Below are positions 47,909 to 50,699 of a stretch of DNA of 50,699 nt, piece after piece. The DNA lies in the NCBI GenBank assembly GCA_030167865.1, contig JALAGF010006411.1:1-50699 (forward strand), given 5' to 3'. Made by a program: the position numbers and the translations under genes. Position 1 is the first letter of the stretch. Every line of letters begins with the position of its first letter. Under the pieces are notes generated by a model. It did not search any database and was not told the origin of the DNA. It worked only from the letters and a program-made list of their open reading frames with translations. This stretch comes from Craspedostauros australis. Its lineage: Eukaryota.

Positions 47909-48039
47909 GAATCTCTGATGTTCTCTGTAGTGTGTCCCTTATGCCGAAAATCATGTGTCTGAGGAAAGCATCGTTTCAGCACATACCAGGACAGACTAAT
48001 CAGAAAACGAATCAGGTGAATAAAGCGTTGTGCTAATAC
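47843..48039 (-). repeat. Second copy of the putative LTR start (matches 48516-48712)
   Basis: 197-bp direct repeat at an offset of 673 bp. This copy is not preceded by the GGGGAG tract. Confidence 0.85.
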
Positions 48040-48382
48040 ATCACACTTCCACCAGATTGGGTCCACACCTTGTGCAGCATCCCCTGTGGACTTGCATGTC
48101 ACATGAACAGATGGAGTTGTTCATCAATCCATCAGCAAGCGAGCAGGTGGCCACAAGAGATGACATGACTGTCATGCCAGGGATATCCAAAGCCTACCAC
48201 CACCAATGCCATGGAGTTATTCATGGACACCAGAACAGTGAAGGTTGCTGGAGAAGAACCAAGAGGATTGAGCCGCAGAAGTAGCAGCATTGTCTCGTCT
48301 ACTCCTGTCATGGAGCTCACACCAAGACATCGACCATGCACCTTTTTGTGCGGTCTGTACAAAACTGGAGAGAGATCCTGGC

Positions 48383-50699
48383 TGTCGAGATGTACATGTG
48401 AGTATATGTCGAGATGTACGTGTATATGTGCATCGTTCACCCGTTATTCTCTCATACGCACTTGGNNNNNNNNNNNNNNNNNNNNNNNNNNNNNNNNNNN
48501 NNNNNNNNNNNNNNNAGGTTTAGTTGGGAAGTATATCAGGTCGAATTGGACATCACATGTTTGCCGGGTGGTGGCCAGACCGAATCTCTGATGTTCTCTG
48601 TAGTGTGTCCCTTATGCCGAAAATCATGTGTCTGAGGAAAGCATCGTTTCAGCACATACCAGGACAGACTAATCAGAAAACGAATCAGGTGAATAAAGCG
48701 TTGTGCTAATACTCCCCGAAACGTATCTTTTCGTAGTCACTTGATGTGGTTGGGATCGGTGTTGCCCTTCCAGAACAACAGTGGTTGGACGAGGTCCCAG
48801 AAAACCGACCGTGGAAGGAATTTCGTGAGGATGTCGGCGATGTTCTGGTTTCCCTTGATCTTGATGAAGTACATCGTCCCAGCGGCGATGGCCGATCGGA
48901 CTCGGTGGTAGGCCAGTGCGTTGTGTCTCTTGGATAGCACACTGGTTGGGATGGTGGAGGATGTGACTACACTCTGGTTGTCACCGAAGAGCCAGCTTGG
49001 ACCGTCCACAGGTATTCCCATTTCGCACAGCATCAGGCGGATGGATAGGATCTGTTCCGTTGCCAACCGTGCTGCCACGAACTCTGATCCGTAGGTGGCC
49101 GTCTCCACGGTGGACTGTCGCTTCGAGAACCATTCGATGGGTGTTTGGTTNNNNNNNNNNNNNNNNNNNGTTGCTGATTTCCCAGTCACCTTGCAGTGCA
49201 TGAGATTCGCATCAACGAAAGTCGTGGTACGTACAGGTTTGCCTTTGGCTGTTGGTGCATCCGCTGGCAGTTCCTCTCGGTTGGGTCCGTACACAGAGTA
49301 CATCCATTCGTGCTGCGGGATGTCGTAGTGTTCTTCATGGTTGGGGATTCCGGTTCGGAAGCGGATGGAGGCNNNNNNNNNNNNNNNNNNNNNNNNNNNN
49401 NNNNNNNNNNNNNNNNNNNNNNNNNNNNNNNNNNNNNNNNNNNNNNNNNNNNNNNNNNNNNNNNNNNNNNNNNNNNNNNNNNNNNNNNNNNNNNNNNNNN
49501 NNNNNNNNNNNNNNNNNNNNNNNNNNNNNNNNNNNNNNNNNNNNNNNNNNNNNNNNNNNNNNGTCGTATCGAGCTCAGGACTGTCGTCCTTGTCCATGGG
49601 GCAGCTGGTCTTGTTGGGTGGTCCGTCGAACATCTGTTCGTAGTTCATGAACATGCGTTTGATGTAGGAACGTGCGCTGATTTTCATTGTGCCGTCGCTG
49701 TCTCTTCCAAAGTCTGCTCCTAGATGGTAGGAGATGGGGCCGACACCTTTGAGCTTGTAGCCATACTGCGAAGTGAGAGTGTCGAAGAAGGAGCGTGGGT
49801 CAGACATGACCGCCATGAGATCGTCNACGTATACNCANACGTATTCCCAGTGCGGACCTGCATCNCGCATCCATACATCGGGGTCAGACCTGCACTGCTG
49901 GAAGCCCATGTCTCGGAGGGTATCTGCCAGCGCTTCATGGAAGCGAGCTCCAGATGTCCGGAGGCCGTAGAGCGCCTTGACAATCGTGAGCATATGGCCT
50001 GCGTGCTCCCCGAACTCATCGCCGGCTACGAAGCAGATCTTCTCCTTCGTGTATGCCTCCAGGTAGGCGTTTCCAATGTCGCCGACCATGGTCTTGAGTC
50101 CGTTCAGTTCACCAGCGAGTAGGGCGATTCGGAGTGACTGCAAGCTGACAACTCCGGCGTAGGAGGAGTCCTTGCATGGATCCGTCAGATGGCCTCCTGC
50201 CACACATCGTGCTCGGTGTCGGAGGTCATGCTTGACCGCGTAGACCCATTGCAGCCGGATTTGTTGGTATCCGTCTGGAATGGTCTTGGTCTTGCCGAGC
50301 GATCGGAATGTCTCATATCCGAAGAGCTGTTCCATCTCGGTACGTTCTGCATCCGCCCAGAGCGTGTTGCCGTTGCGTTTGTCGAGGCGTACAGCTTCTT
50401 GGTGATTGCGTGGTACCTGGACACCAAACTGGTAGATGGGTGCGTTGGTGTGCTTCTTGGTCTTGTTGATGGAGGTCTTGCGCTCCATTCGAGCCTGTCG
50501 GTCAGAGAGCTTCTTCAGCCGTTTCCATCCAGGCTGATCGAGCAATCCGTTCTTTCGGCCGTATGCCGCACATGATACAGGATCATCTTGCACTATGGTG
50601 GAGAGCGGTTCGGAGGTTGTTGATCCGTCATCCCATTGTACAATGACATTGTATCGGGACCCCTTGTAGGTCTTGGCGTTCGGAGCGAGAGGTCCTTCG
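48383..50699 (-). mobile_element. Ty1/Copia LTR retrotransposon (CoDi-like), 3' part with polypurine tract and probable 3' LTR
   Basis: The Pol stop at 48737 is followed by GGGGAG (48717-48712). A sequence then begins at 48711 (TATTAG...) that is repeated elsewhere in the window. A possible ...TCGACA LTR end lies at 48383. The LTR is interrupted by a gap, so its distal boundary is tentative. Confidence 0.75.
48737..50699 (-). CDS. Ty1/Copia Pol, partial (chromodomain-like segment, reverse transcriptase, RNase H); runs off the window end and contains gaps
   Basis: RT motifs WVYAVKHDLRHRARCVAGGH, DIGNAYLEA, KALYGLRTSG and YxDDL. RNase H motifs FVDAN, ETATYGSEF, GDN, KRHN and NIADILTK. Confidence 0.95.
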   Translation of the reverse strand, partial: EGPLAPNAKTYKGSRYNVIVQWDDGSTTSEPLSTIVQDDPVSCAAYGRKNGLLDQPGWKRLKKLSDRQARMERKTSINKTKKHTNAPIYQFGVQVPRNHQEAVRLDKRNGNTLWADAERTEMEQLFGYETFRSLGKTKTIPDGYQQIRLQWVYAVKHDLRHRARCVAGGHLTDPCKDSSYAGVVSLQSLRIALLAGELNGLKTMVGDIGNAYLEAYTKEKICFVAGDEFGEHAGHMLTIVKALYGLRTSGARFHEALADTLRDMGFQQCRSDPDVWMXDAGPHWEYXXVYXDDLMAVMSDPRSFFDTLTSQYGYKLKGVGPISYHLGADFGRDSDGTMKISARSYIKRMFMNYEQMFDGPPNKTSCPMDKDDSPELDTXXXXXXXXXXXXXXXXXXXXXXXXXXXXXXXXXXXXXXXXXXXXXXXXXXXXXXXXXXXXXXXXASIRFRTGIPNHEEHYDIPQHEWMYSVYGPNREELPADAPTAKGKPVRTTTFVDANLMHCKVTGKSAXXXXXXXNQTPIEWFSKRQSTVETATYGSEFVAARLATEQILSIRLMLCEMGIPVDGPSWLFGDNQSVVTSSTIPTSVLSKRHNALAYHRVRSAIAAGTMYFIKIKGNQNIADILTKFLPRSVFWDLVQPLLFWKGNTDPNHIK

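Noticed and set aside
47467..48712. Repeats as a possible CRISPR-like or regular array
   Set aside because: The units are ~200 bp, abut N gaps and adjoin a Copia pol. LTR copies or assembly overlap explain them.

Overview
Eukaryotic nuclear DNA, most likely from a diatom. This is inferred from GT-AG introns of 160-630 bp, a CoDi-like Ty1/Copia element, diatom-type 7TM and secreted SET proteins, and microsatellite-rich intergenic DNA. About 13 protein-coding genes are supportable: an XRN1-type 5'-3' exoribonuclease fused in one uninterrupted ORF to an intact proteasome beta5 subunit, a low-complexity protein with a PH-like C-terminus, a myristoylated GW2/DA2/Sip5-type RING-UIM ligase, a 7TM GPCR-like protein, several secreted proteins (beta-rich, Cys-rich, SET-domain, GPI-anchored), TMEM94, an IAH1-like SGNH esterase, eIF3c, a single-TM protein and a BRO1/ALIX-UBA protein. 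The last 5 kb is a nest of Copia LTR-retrotransposon sequence with assembly gaps. The standout is the 1610-aa XRN1-beta5 ORF. Both catalytic sites look intact. The linker carries an internal signal-peptide/transit-peptide-like segment, an LRGG motif and the self-cleaving HG|TTT site, which suggests a self-processing polyprotein or a dual-product locus linking RNA decay and proteolysis. All family calls come from motif recognition by eye; no database searches were run.
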